Source: a virus. Taken from it: 64,000 nucleotides of DNA. The notes beneath the pieces are model-generated. The model was not told the origin of the DNA, searched no databases, and saw only the letters and a program-made list of their open reading frames with translations. The stretch spans positions 1-64,000 of IMG/VR virus record IMGVR_UViG_3300047554_000303. One strand, written 5' to 3'. Positions within the stretch are counted from its first letter, which is position 1. Each line of letters begins with the position of its first letter. A program made the translations under genes and the position numbers. Shown here one piece after another: positions 1 through 9,117 of this stretch.

Positions 1-1181
1 CCCGTAGACGAGTTAAGGGAGATACCTGCAGGCAGAGACCCTGCGCTAATGGTGTAGGTAGGGCTGTTAGTAGCGCTTACTGCGTCTGAGTACCCTCTTC
101 CCTGCAAGAAACTGCCGAGAGTTTGGTCTACCCAAACAGGAGGTGACCCTGTGTTTCCGCTGTACGAGACCGTTACTGCGCCATCGCCATTAGCCGCTCT
201 AATAGTGAATGAGTAGCCTTGCGGAGTAGTGGGGGTGCCTGTAATAGCTCCTGAAGATGAGTTCAAAGAGATACCCGCAGGCAAAGAGCCAGAGCTGATT
301 GAGTAGGTAGGGCTGTTTGTAGCCGAAACCGAGTCAGAGTAAGGAGTACCCACAGTAAAAGTGTTTGAAATTACGTTATCAATCCACACTGGAGGATTGA
401 AAGAGTAGATAGTAATAAATACTGTACTGCCTGATGAGACGCTAGTACCACCTGTAGGACTCTGCGATGCAACCGTGCCGTTATTTCCAGAGTTAGCTCC
501 AGAAGAGGTATAGCTAACGGACGCAACTAACCCTGCATTTTGAATGCTAGTTACCGCAGTAGACTGTGATTGACCCACAACGTTTGGAACAGTCGCTGGC
601 GGTGGAGGAGGGTCACTAATACTAATGCTAAATGACGCATCTGTAGACTGGTTAAAGTCGTCAGTTGCTCGTGCACTAAAGCCATACGTACCTGAGCTGG
701 TAGGAGTACCAGACAGAGTAAACCCAGTAGTTCCGTTGTAACTAAGGCTAAGCCCAGGGATACTTGGCGCTGTCAGGAAGCCCCAAGAACCACCGCTTGG
801 GAAAGTTGCGGTCGCACTACCTGAGTACCCGCTACCAACCTGACCAGAAGGAAAATTAGACGACCAGCTAGGAGGAGCAGGAGGAGGAGCAGCGTTTGTG
901 CTGGCCGTAATAGTACGGGTACCTAAAAGCTCGTAGTTACTAGCACGACGAATGGACATCACAAACGTGTAGCCAGTGCTAGGAGATAGTCCAGAGCTGA
1001 TTACAGTCCCGTTATCGTAGCCGCCATTTGCAGCAATGACCGTGCTACCCAAAATAGTAGCCCCAGTGCTTTCGTTCGCAATACTTACACGGACGTTGAA
1101 CGTTCCTGTGTTTTCAGCGTACCAATCGACATAAATAAAGTCGGTGCCTGTATAGGCTTGAGAAATAGAGTAGGTACTCAT
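1..1181 (-). CDS. Virion adhesin with putative Ig-like (He_PIG-type) repeats and a PASTA domain; runs off the left edge
   Basis: Not in the ORF track. Hand-translated from ATG at 1181 (MSTYSISQAY...). Contains TVPNVVGQSQSTAVTSIQNAGL...GTVASQSPTGGTSVSSGSTVFITI (PASTA-like) and YSISSGSLPAGISLNSSSGAITGTPT (He_PIG-like). Confidence 0.8.
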   Translation of the reverse strand, partial: MSTYSISQAYTGTDFIYVDWYAENTGTFNVRVSIANESTGATILGSTVIAANGGYDNGTVISSGLSPSTGYTFVMSIRRASNYELLGTRTITASTNAAPPPAPPSWSSNFPSGQVGSGYSGSATATFPSGGSWGFLTAPSIPGLSLSYNGTTGFTLSGTPTSSGTYGFSARATDDFNQSTDASFSISISDPPPPPATVPNVVGQSQSTAVTSIQNAGLVASVSYTSSGANSGNNGTVASQSPTGGTSVSSGSTVFITIYSFNPPVWIDNVISNTFTVGTPYSDSVSATNSPTYSISSGSLPAGISLNSSSGAITGTPTTPQGYSFTIRAANGDGAVTVSYSGNTGSPPVWVDQTLGSFLQGRGYSDAVSATNSPTYTISAGSLPAGISLNSST

Positions 1182-1189
1182 GCCCCTAC

Positions 1190-1459
1190 CTAAATCTTAA
1201 TCCAGAGGTCTCCCGACACCATACCTGAAGCAGGCGCTGAGGACTGCACATAGAGCTTGCGGTTATCAAACTTAGTCGCGTTCTCTGCAGTGCCAGCACC
1301 CACGTAAGAGAGGCTGTTCCAAGCGGTGCTTCCGTTTCCAAGCTTTAGCTTAAGGGTGTCAGTCTCTAACCCAAGCTCACCAGCTGCAAGGGTAGGGTTA
1401 GCTGAGGTCCAGTTAGCCGCAGTGTCTCTGCGGACCTGAATGTTTGCCAATCTAGGCAT
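1190..1459 (-). CDS. Small fibre protein with Mtd-N/hyaluronidase-type N-terminal domain
   Basis: IQVRRDTAANWTSANPTLAAGELGLETDT..KLGNGSTAWNSL motif. Confidence 0.8.
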   Translation of the reverse strand: MPRLANIQVRRDTAANWTSANPTLAAGELGLETDTLKLKLGNGSTAWNSLSYVGAGTAENATKFDNRKLYVQSSAPASGMVSGDLWIKI

Positions 1460-1506
1460 GGATACCTCCGAAAAGTCTTAGTACTAGTTTGCCTTATTTA
1501 TTAGGT

Positions 1507-2340
1507 TTAGACAGGGTAACGAACAATGACTATTCCAGAGCCACCTTGACCTGCTCCCTGGCCACCACCGCCACCGCCACCAGTGTTTGCCATACCCAGC
1601 GGCGCTCCTTGGTCATTACCACCGCCACCTAGTCCACCAGGACCAGTGTTGATTCCTCCTTGGCCAGCGCCACCTCCACCACCAGCAAACCAATAAGTTC
1701 CTGAAACATTGTGCCCGTAGCCAGTTGCCGCTCCCCAAGCAGAATAAGAAGAACTACCGTTTCCACCAGCTCCACCAGTCCACCCGTTATTATTTCCAGC
1801 GCCACCACCAGCTTGAGAAAAACCTCCACCACCACCGCCAGAGTAGCCTCCGCCAGTGTAGCCACCACCGCTGTTACCCTGACCAGAAGTTCCGCCACCA
1901 GCTCCAGTAGAGTAACCAGCACCTCCACCAGAACCACCAGACTGGCCACCGCCACCGAATAGGGTTCCACCACCACCACCTGCCACAGCAGCTGTTAGTG
2001 ATGCAAACTGAGAGTTGTTACCGTTACCACCAGCAGCACCTCCAGAACCGCTCGGGCTTGTGCTTCCTCCAGCGCCTACAGTCACGCTGTACGCAGCTGC
2101 TGTCAAGCTTTGGTTGGATAGGTACACCAAACCACCAGCTCCACCACCACCGCCATAGGTACGGCCAGAAGCACCACCACCAGCGACAGTGAGGATTTCA
2201 ACAGTTGTTGGGGCAAAAACAGTGAAAGTTCCAGAGCTAGCAAACGCGTGGTATCGGTATCCGCCACTAACGGCTATTGTTCCGCCCGTAGGCAGGGCTG
2301 GAGCACCAGCAGCTCCTACCATTCCTAGTGTAAAAGGCAT
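1507..2340 (-). CDS. Glycine-rich domain fibre/adhesin protein
   Basis: YRYHAFASSGTF...VAGGG...ANTGGGGGG...GSGIVIVRY signature. Confidence 0.8.
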   Translation of the reverse strand: MPFTLGMVGAAGAPALPTGGTIAVSGGYRYHAFASSGTFTVFAPTTVEILTVAGGGASGRTYGGGGGAGGLVYLSNQSLTAAAYSVTVGAGGSTSPSGSGGAAGGNGNNSQFASLTAAVAGGGGGTLFGGGGQSGGSGGGAGYSTGAGGGTSGQGNSGGGYTGGGYSGGGGGGFSQAGGGAGNNNGWTGGAGGNGSSSYSAWGAATGYGHNVSGTYWFAGGGGGAGQGGINTGPGGLGGGGNDQGAPLGMANTGGGGGGGQGAGQGGSGIVIVRYPV

Positions 2341-3026
2341 TATGCCGCCAAGTCTCCGACCAGCACGTAGCTGTTAGTTGCTACACACTTTACGGTTGCA
2401 GGAGAGTACTGGGCAGAAGTCTTACGGTTGTTGTTTTTGCTGTTTAAGGTAATCCCAGACCCTGGAGTAAACGTTATCTGAGCAGCATTTGTCTGAATAA
2501 AATCGACTTGCTCCCCAACAGCTAGCCCTTGAATCGTCACGGTTACTGCACCAGAGTTGGTGTAAAGCTTTCCCTTATCGGAGGACTGAAGAGTGTAGTT
2601 AGTTGAAAGAGAGGAAACGGTTTGAGCGGTGTTAAACCCGCCATCAGTGCCGTTAGTGCCGTTAGCTCCATCCGCACCTGCTGGTCCTTGAGGCCCTGAA
2701 GCAGTGCCAAACTCAACCCAGTAAGAGTCGTAGTAAATAAAGAACTTGCCAGTTCCAGAATCGAACCAGCCGTCTCCTGTAGTAGGGGAGCTAGGGGCTG
2801 TTTCTGACACGGAGTACTTACCTGAAGCACCATCTTCTCCCTGCAGAGAAGCTACCCACTCAGATTCAGTGCCTACAAAGCCGTTTTCAACAGCGATGTC
2901 ATAAGCAGACTTAGAGGCTGTTCTAGGGTTTAACACCCATACAGAGCCATTGTACGTCCAAGTCTTACCACTAGCACTGAAACTGGTGCCAGTACTTGGA
3001 CTATTAGGAAAGTCAATTGCTGTCAT
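2340..3026 (-). CDS. Fibre anchor protein (xIDFPNSP N-terminus, short collagen-like segment)
   Basis: MTAIDFPNSPS..., GPQGPAGADGANG, C-terminal YVLVGDLAA. Confidence 0.7.
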   Translation of the reverse strand: MTAIDFPNSPSTGTSFSASGKTWTYNGSVWVLNPRTASKSAYDIAVENGFVGTESEWVASLQGEDGASGKYSVSETAPSSPTTGDGWFDSGTGKFFIYYDSYWVEFGTASGPQGPAGADGANGTNGTDGGFNTAQTVSSLSTNYTLQSSDKGKLYTNSGAVTVTIQGLAVGEQVDFIQTNAAQITFTPGSGITLNSKNNNRKTSAQYSPATVKCVATNSYVLVGDLAA

Positions 3027-3982
3027 GCTGCATACCTTATGATTACGATACCTGAACCGCCAGCTCCAGACGGCTTAACCGAGCCTACTGGGGTAGAGCC
3101 AGCTGCTCCACCACCGCCACCACCAGTGTTGGTGCCTCCATTAGTTGGGGCAGAGTTGCTAGACGCATTAGCTCCAGTTCCACCACCGCCTAAACCACCA
3201 GCGCCACCTGCGCCACCAGCATTTCTAGGGTCTCCTGAAGCACCACCACCACCTGCGTAGTAGGTGCTCGTACCTGAGATAGAGCTTGCTAGACCTATAC
3301 CACCAGCACGAGCTGGGGTAATTCCATTAGAGCTGTTTCCATTACCACCAGGAGCGCCTGCACCACCACCGCCACCGTCACCAGGAGCGGTAGTAGCACC
3401 ACCGTTGTTACCCTGGCCAGCAGTCCCTGTACCTGAACCTCCTGAGTAGCCTCCACCACCACCACCAGAACCACCGTTCTGAGCTTGGCGACTAATGCTG
3501 GACTCGGAAGATGCGCTTCCTCCGCCAATAGCGGTCAGTGAAAACGCCGACGAATTGCTTCCATTATGGTTCGCTGGGTTATGACCTGATGCGCCAGAGG
3601 CATAAGAGGAGCCGCCAGCCCCAACAACTACCGACCACGTAGACGCTGCTACTGAGGAAAGGGTCCCTGTTAGAAGTCCTCCAGCTCCACCACCACCAGA
3701 GCCGTCGGTGCCACCAGCAGCACCACCACCACCACCGCCAGCAACAATTAAATACTGAACATCTGAAAGCGTCTGGGTAGGAACGAAATTGCCAGAAGTA
3801 GTAAAGGTGTGAACGTAAAACCCGTTAGTAAAAGTAATTGTCCCACCAGAAGCTTTAGGAGGAGGCACAATCCACCTACTACCTCTTACTGCTACGTAAT
3901 GCTCTTTCAGCGACCACATGCCGTTAGCAGATGAGTTAGAAGGCAAATTGTCAGGCCCAATAACTCCGCCGTTTATTGGCAT
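3023..3982 (-). CDS. Glycine-rich domain fibre/adhesin protein
   Basis: HTFTTSGNF...GGSGIVIIRY signature. Confidence 0.8.
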   Translation of the reverse strand: MPINGGVIGPDNLPSNSSANGMWSLKEHYVAVRGSRWIVPPPKASGGTITFTNGFYVHTFTTSGNFVPTQTLSDVQYLIVAGGGGGGAAGGTDGSGGGGAGGLLTGTLSSVAASTWSVVVGAGGSSYASGASGHNPANHNGSNSSAFSLTAIGGGSASSESSISRQAQNGGSGGGGGGYSGGSGTGTAGQGNNGGATTAPGDGGGGGAGAPGGNGNSSNGITPARAGGIGLASSISGTSTYYAGGGGASGDPRNAGGAGGAGGLGGGGTGANASSNSAPTNGGTNTGGGGGGAAGSTPVGSVKPSGAGGSGIVIIRYAA

Positions 3983-4344
3983 TACGAAATCTCCTCGTAA
4001 GAAATTATCATAGAAAGCCTAGAGTTAGCCGAGGCCGATGCTCTGAGCCTCCAGTTTTCTGGGAGATACAACGAAGTACCTTTATCAATAATAGTTAGGG
4101 TCGATTTAGCTGGAACAGAGATGTCTTTAGCAAAAGCAATGTCGCTGCCACCAACCATGCCAATTTTAACGGTTACATCAGCAGCAACTGTACCGTCTAT
4201 GTTAGCTACAAGGATGCTGTTTACCTTAAGAATAGAGCCGCTTGACGCGTCGTTTTCTAGAACGTTAGTCTCAGTAGTTGTAGGAAGAGCGGTAACTACA
4301 CCGCCATAGATGCTAGTTACGTTTACGATATTTGGGTTAGCCAT
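3982..4344 (-). CDS. Small beta-rich fibre adaptor protein
   Basis: MANPNIVNVTSIYG...ISYEEIS; stop/start coupled to its neighbours; similar pattern to 5414-5719 and 11473-11799. Confidence 0.65.
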   Translation of the reverse strand: MANPNIVNVTSIYGGVVTALPTTTETNVLENDASSGSILKVNSILVANIDGTVAADVTVKIGMVGGSDIAFAKDISVPAKSTLTIIDKGTSLYLPENWRLRASASANSRLSMIISYEEIS

Positions 4345-4503
4345 TTATCCTCCAAAGACAATAGCCATGGCAATGGCTTTTCCAGTAGTAAAGGGAGCTG
4401 TGACTACAACTTCCCAACGGTTGTTGTTGTACTGCCAAGTGGTTCCGTTAGCAGTAAATGTTTGCCCATTAGTGGGGCTATTAGGGAAATCAAGTGCTGC
4501 CAT
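4345..4503 (-). CDS. 52-aa minimal fibre anchor protein
   Basis: Not in the ORF track: MAALDFPNSPTNGQTFTANGTTWQYNNNRWEVVVTAPFTTGKAIAMAIVFGG; TAATG overlap with the upstream gene. Confidence 0.8.
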   Translation of the reverse strand: MAALDFPNSPTNGQTFTANGTTWQYNNNRWEVVVTAPFTTGKAIAMAIVFGG

Positions 4504-5414
4504 TATGCCGCGTACCTCACAATCACAATTCCAGAGCCACCAGCTTGTCCTGGGTCGCTGTAGCCACCACTGGCAGCTCCGCCGCCACCGCCAGTGTTTG
4601 CGGTACCCGCAGAGGACCCGTTACCGCTATAAGTTGCCTGACCACCAGTGTGGGCCCTACCGCCTGTACCGCCACCACCAGCACCTCCTGCAGCTGTAGC
4701 AGTGTCCCCACCACCAGCTCCACCAGCACCGCCGCCAGCGTAGAATGTGGCGGTTCCAGAAATAGAAGAAGAGATACCAGTTCCACCAGTGCGGTTGCTA
4801 CCAGCAGAGGCCCCACCTCCACCTCCGCCACCGTTTCTAGTGCCAGCTACTTTGGCAGAACCAGCGTTACCTTGACCAGAGGTACCCGAAGCACCTGCTG
4901 CTCCCGAGTCTCCACCAGCACCACCGCCAGAACCTCCAGAAAGTGGTCCGTTGGACTCTTCTCCACCTCCACCACCGCCACCAACAGAGGTTACACTGTG
5001 GAACGTAGAGCTGCTTCCACTGCTGCCTGATGCCGCGCTGGAGTTAAAGTAAGCAACTCCACCGCCGCCACCGCCAGCACCAATAGTAACCGTGTAACTC
5101 CCTGGTCCTAAGCTCACTGCGCCGCTAACTACTCCGCCAGCGCCACCACCGCCGCCGCCTCCGCCGCCACCGTTGGATGCCTCACTACCGCCACCGCCAC
5201 CGCCGCCAGACACAACGAGGTATTCTACGTTTGTAGTTCCAGAAGTAATCTGAAAAGTACCAGAAGAGGTAAACGTGTGGACTTTGTAGCCAGTGATGTT
5301 AGATACTGCTCCACCTGTGGCAACAATTGAGGAGATGTTATTTGCTCTAAAACTTTTCCTCAAAGTCCGAGCAGTGGTGAATGACCCCGCTTCAGAAAAC
5401 CTGTAGACGCCCAC
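4503..5414 (-). CDS. Glycine-rich domain fibre/adhesin protein
   Basis: YKVHTFTSSGTF...GGSGIVIVRY signature. Confidence 0.8.
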   Translation of the reverse strand: MGVYRFSEAGSFTTARTLRKSFRANNISSIVATGGAVSNITGYKVHTFTSSGTFQITSGTTNVEYLVVSGGGGGGGSEASNGGGGGGGGGGAGGVVSGAVSLGPGSYTVTIGAGGGGGGVAYFNSSAASGSSGSSSTFHSVTSVGGGGGGGEESNGPLSGGSGGGAGGDSGAAGASGTSGQGNAGSAKVAGTRNGGGGGGGASAGSNRTGGTGISSSISGTATFYAGGGAGGAGGGDTATAAGGAGGGGTGGRAHTGGQATYSGNGSSAGTANTGGGGGAASGGYSDPGQAGGSGIVIVRYAA

Positions 5415-5719
5415 TACGCAATCTCCACTCCGCTAATGTGGAAGTTAATACTGGTGGCAGATGCTCCACCTTTAATGGTCTGTGCTGCAGTCAACACTTG
5501 CTTGATGTCTAACACGGTAGAGTCGTTTGCGCCTACAACAGTGGTGACCGCAAATGCGACGTCTGCCAAAGATAAAGTAAATGTACCCGAGCTTCCAGAA
5601 GTGTTAGTTACAACGATGTTTGTGACTACAGCAGTAGTGCTGGAGGGAACCGTGTACAACGTAGTAGAAGTAGTCGTTGTGGCTGCTCCACGAAACAGAG
5701 CTTTAGCAGTAGTAGGCAT
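5414..5719 (-). CDS. Small beta-rich fibre adaptor protein
   Basis: MPTTAKALFRGAA...LYTVPSSTTAVVTNIVVTN...HISGVEIA. Confidence 0.65.
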   Translation of the reverse strand: MPTTAKALFRGAATTTTSTTLYTVPSSTTAVVTNIVVTNTSGSSGTFTLSLADVAFAVTTVVGANDSTVLDIKQVLTAAQTIKGGASATSINFHISGVEIA

Positions 5720-6048
5720 TAAATGGCTCCCATCAGAACTTCGACCTCAATATCTTGAGCAAAACTTAAGTTAATACCTACAGTCTGCGTTCCAGAGTTG
5801 TAAGTTATCGGGGATGTGGCGGACACTACGCCTGCAGGCCCTGTAGCGCCGTTAGCCCCATCAGCTCCTACGAGAGACGTAAGCCACTGAGACTCAGTGC
5901 CGACAAATCCGTTATCAACAGCAATAGCGTAAGCAGACTTGCCTGCGTTTATTTTGCGCCAAACAGTGCCGTTCCACTCCCACAAGAAGCCGCCAAGAGT
6001 CTCCTGCTGATTCAGCGTAGGAGAAGAAGGAAAGTCAATAGCAGCCAT
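5719..6048 (-). CDS. Fibre anchor protein (xIDFPSSP N-terminus)
   Basis: MAAIDFPSSP...KSAYAIAVDNGFVGTESQW, shared with 2340-3026; C-terminal EVLMGAI. Confidence 0.7.
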   Translation of the reverse strand: MAAIDFPSSPTLNQQETLGGFLWEWNGTVWRKINAGKSAYAIAVDNGFVGTESQWLTSLVGADGANGATGPAGVVSATSPITYNSGTQTVGINLSFAQDIEVEVLMGAI

Positions 6049-6060
6049 AGGCTTATTTTA
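6049..6060 (-). promoter_or_regulatory. Leaderless-type -10 element (TAAAAT-N6-ATG)
   Basis: TAAAAT lies 6 nt before the ATG and there is no SD; same geometry at 34356-34367, 36548-36559, 36794-36805 and 50661-50672. Confidence 0.55.
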
Positions 6061-6084
6061 CTTTCTAATAGAAGTAGTTACAGG

Positions 6085-7389
6085 CTAAGCAGGAGTTAGG
6101 TAACGGATGATGACGACACCAGAGCCACCAGCTCCACCGTTTCCTTGCGGGATGTTAGCGCCACCGCCACCGCCACCACCAGTGTTGGCAGTCCCAGCAG
6201 CACCAGCAGCACCGTTAGTATTTCCTCCAGAACCCCCTCCGCCAGTGCCCCCAGCACCACCACTCCTTGGAGAGCTAAAGTCCATAGCAGCACCGCCGCC
6301 ACCACCACCAGCATAGAAGGTTGCGTTTAACCATTGAAGACCAGCGCCACCAGCTCCGCCAACTCCATTATTAGCACCACCATTACCTCCCACTGCCCCT
6401 GCGCCACCACCACCACCAGAACCTCCAGTACCCGCTCCTGATGCTCCTCCGTTGTTTCCCTGCCCTACAGTTCCCGCTCCTCCAGCGAGTGGGCCGCTAC
6501 CACCAGACCCTGCACCTGAACCTGAGCCTCCAGAACGACCAGCACTGCCAACAACTCCAGAGCCACCACCAAGAGCTGTGAGTGTTGAAAAAACGGAGCT
6601 AGTTCCAGGAGTGTCTTGGTTATACCCAGTCTGGGAAGACCCACCTGCACCCACATTAACCAAGTAATTACCTGAAGATAAAGACATAGTTGAGGTAAGG
6701 TAACCACCTGCACCTCCGCCAGAGCCTCGGTCGTATCCTCCAGAGCCACCACCCGCTACTACAAGAACGTCAGCCTGTAGATTACGGTTCGCAACAAAAG
6801 TTCCAGAGGAGTTGAAAGTGTGGTAAGTGTACCCATTAGAAGTACTAACAGTTCCACCAGACGCTGCTTCTACTTGGCCAGAAGCTCCACGCTTAATGCC
6901 ATAAAGAGAGGCTGAAGAGTACTGGACAAAGCTACCTGATGCTGCCACTATACTAAGGCTCGTTATGGGGCTTGAGTTGCTCCAGAGAGCTTCAGTAATC
7001 GCGTTAATACCTGCAGCGTCATTGCGCTCAACCGTTGTTTCGGCGCTAATCCTTTTGTTACCTGAGGACGCGTACCCACAGAACACTACTGAAGAGCTAC
7101 TAAAGGTGTTAGACGTGTTGTTGCCACGAGAAGTTTGGTGGTAAATCACTGCGGGGTTGTTTACTCCGCTACCAGTATTTGAAGACCACCCAAATAAAAA
7201 TCTAGAAGCCATGTTTGCAGAAGAGTTATTGGGATAAATAAACGCATTTTCCCAGCCCGTGCTAGCTACGTTATCTCTCAGAGAAGTTACTAGCAGTAAG
7301 TCATCGTAAATCTGAGGGATGTTGTTGAAAACAATGTCGGTTGACCCTCCAGACCCGACTTTAATTGTTTGAATGTGATATTTAAGCAT
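6085..7389 (-). CDS. Fibre protein: beta-sandwich domain plus glycine-rich domain
   Basis: N-terminal IVFNNIPQIYDDL...SLYGI module fused to the Gly-rich domain; paralogue of 9118-10407. Confidence 0.8.
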   Translation of the reverse strand: MLKYHIQTIKVGSGGSTDIVFNNIPQIYDDLLLVTSLRDNVASTGWENAFIYPNNSSANMASRFLFGWSSNTGSGVNNPAVIYHQTSRGNNTSNTFSSSSVVFCGYASSGNKRISAETTVERNDAAGINAITEALWSNSSPITSLSIVAASGSFVQYSSASLYGIKRGASGQVEAASGGTVSTSNGYTYHTFNSSGTFVANRNLQADVLVVAGGGSGGYDRGSGGGAGGYLTSTMSLSSGNYLVNVGAGGSSQTGYNQDTPGTSSVFSTLTALGGGSGVVGSAGRSGGSGSGAGSGGSGPLAGGAGTVGQGNNGGASGAGTGGSGGGGGAGAVGGNGGANNGVGGAGGAGLQWLNATFYAGGGGGGAAMDFSSPRSGGAGGTGGGGSGGNTNGAAGAAGTANTGGGGGGGANIPQGNGGAGGSGVVIIRYLTPA

Positions 7390-7895
7390 TACGCAATCAC
7401 CCCATAAAGACTAACGTTTGTCCCTGCAGCAAAGCCCGCTCCGCCACTCGTAATAACTGTTATTGAGGTAATTGCGGCCGTGTTAGCCCATCGCACAGCC
7501 TGAGCTTCAACGCCCGTTCCAGAGACGTTATTTCTTACCAGCATTGTTTTGCGCTTATCCGTTGCAGAATAGTCCATAATGTGCGCAATGGTAGAAAAGT
7601 TTGAAGAAGTAGCTGGGCCAATACCGTAAGCCTGTCCTAGGCTGGCGTAAGCAAGCGAGTTGTTGTTTCCAGCAGCTGCAGCTGACCCACTTCCAGTCAT
7701 ACCAACATAGGCGTAGTTATTACTGGTATCACCGTTAAAACGAAGTGCGTGAACAGGGTAAGAAGTATCTGCTGGCGTACCGTTCAGAACAACGACTAAG
7801 TCTCTAAAGGATGAAGGAATCCCGCTAAAAGTAACTTGCGCAGATACTGACTGCAACGTAATGTTTGCTAGAGCCGTAGTGGATTGAAGAGCCAT
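7389..7895 (-). CDS. Fibre beta-sandwich subunit
   Basis: Probable start MALQSTT at 7895 (TAATG overlap); VTFSGIP...SLYGV; paralogue of 10407-10895. Confidence 0.75.
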   Translation of the reverse strand: MALQSTTALANITLQSVSAQVTFSGIPSSFRDLVVVLNGTPADTSYPVHALRFNGDTSNNYAYVGMTGSGSAAAAGNNNSLAYASLGQAYGIGPATSSNFSTIAHIMDYSATDKRKTMLVRNNVSGTGVEAQAVRWANTAAITSITVITSGGAGFAAGTNVSLYGVIA

Positions 7896-8503
7896 TATGC
7901 TGTCACCCCATAAAGAGAAAAGCGAGAACCCGTGACCAATTGAGTGCCGAGCAACGGGGATATAGTGATGCTGGTTACTCCAGCGGTGTTCATCCAAAGA
8001 CCTGACCGCATGTCTACGCTACTCCATACGTCTTTCATACCAGCCAATGACCTGACCACTTTGTTTTTTGTAGTTTCAAACGGGTCAAGAATGTCTACAA
8101 CAATTGCGCCAAATGCAGTTGCAGTTGAACTGGCAACTGGCATAGCCTCTGTTAGGTATATTGACCCAATAGAAGTGCCGCTGTTAGACGCAATAGCTGT
8201 GGTGCTGCTAAAGTTATACCCAATCAAACCGTGCACGGCGTAGTTATTTCCAGTGTCACCATTGAATCTAAGGATTACGGGGTCACTGTCAGCGCCTGTT
8301 CTATTGGTCCTAGCGGTTACGCGCAACTGGAGGTGCTGATAAACCCCCGCGTATTGACCTAAATTAGAAAAAGTTACAGAGGCTGCATCTGAGCCAAGAA
8401 CACTGGTCTCAATAAGGTATTCGCTAGAAGGAACGTTAAACGTGTCTAGGTTGCGGTACTTGACATCGTTGGTAAGGCTAGACTGCGAAGCAGACTTAAT
8501 CAT
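7895..8503 (-). CDS. Fibre beta-sandwich subunit
   Basis: MIKSASQSSL...YQHLQLR...GSRFSLYGV; paralogue of 10898-11464. Confidence 0.75.
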   Translation of the reverse strand: MIKSASQSSLTNDVKYRNLDTFNVPSSEYLIETSVLGSDAASVTFSNLGQYAGVYQHLQLRVTARTNRTGADSDPVILRFNGDTGNNYAVHGLIGYNFSSTTAIASNSGTSIGSIYLTEAMPVASSTATAFGAIVVDILDPFETTKNKVVRSLAGMKDVWSSVDMRSGLWMNTAGVTSITISPLLGTQLVTGSRFSLYGVTA

Positions 8504-8513
8504 GTTCTGCTCC

Positions 8514-8750
8514 TTAGAGAACTAGAAGCGCTGCCTCTTCTTCGGTTAGAGGCTGGCCTGAAATCAGCTTCTGACGAGCAGAAGCCTTAAGAGCTTCACG
8601 AGCTTCTTCAGCAGCTACACGCTCAGCTTCAGCTTCAGCAGCAGCAAGTGCGTCTGCCTCACGCTGGGCAATCTCTTCCTCAGTAAGAGGTACGTAGGTC
8701 TGTGCACCAGTGGCACAGTCAACAATCAGCTTCATAGGGGTGTCTGACAT
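8514..8750 (-). CDS. Small fibre-associated helical protein (possible chaperone)
   Basis: ORF within the fibre operon with RBS; acidic helical sequence. Confidence 0.55.
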   Translation of the reverse strand: MSDTPMKLIVDCATGAQTYVPLTEEEIAQREADALAAAEAEAERVAAEEAREALKASARQKLISGQPLTEEEAALLVL

Positions 8751-9103
8751 TATTCTCCTTCAGGGGTTGGGGCAGGGGCCTCTACCCACGCTAGGGTTTC
8801 TTCGTCCCATAGATAGATACGACCATCTTGTGGGTAAGCGACAGGTGCTTGCCAGCGGCAAGTGGTCTCGTTAAGTTCCCAAGACTCAAACGGCTTAGGA
8901 GGAATGAAGGCATCACGCTCTTCGTCGTAAATGTAGCCGATACCTGCAAAGTTCTTGCGAATAGTAGCGTTGTACGAGGTCTGTACCCAACGGCCACCTA
9001 GGTTCTCTACAAACCAGTCGTAGCCCTCGTTAGGCAGGTTGTTGTCGCCTACAAGAACACGTAGGACAACGTTATTCTCATCAAGTTCTGCGAAATGTGA
9101 CAT
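8750..9103 (-). CDS. Fibre-associated protein (MSHFAELDENN family)
   Basis: WVQTSYNATIRKNFAGIGYIYDEERDAFIPPKPFESW motif, typical next to Gly-rich fibre genes. Confidence 0.65.
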   Translation of the reverse strand: MSHFAELDENNVVLRVLVGDNNLPNEGYDWFVENLGGRWVQTSYNATIRKNFAGIGYIYDEERDAFIPPKPFESWELNETTCRWQAPVAYPQDGRIYLWDEETLAWVEAPAPTPEGE

Positions 9104-9117
9104 GTCTTTATTCTATC

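Noticed and set aside
431-470. CTGATGAG as a second hammerhead
   Set aside because: Lies antisense within a CDS, with no GAAA or flanking stems.
1629-6752. Pro-rich plus-strand and Val-rich alternate-frame ORFs in the ORF track
   Set aside because: Shadows of Gly-rich minus-strand genes; no RBS or operon logic.
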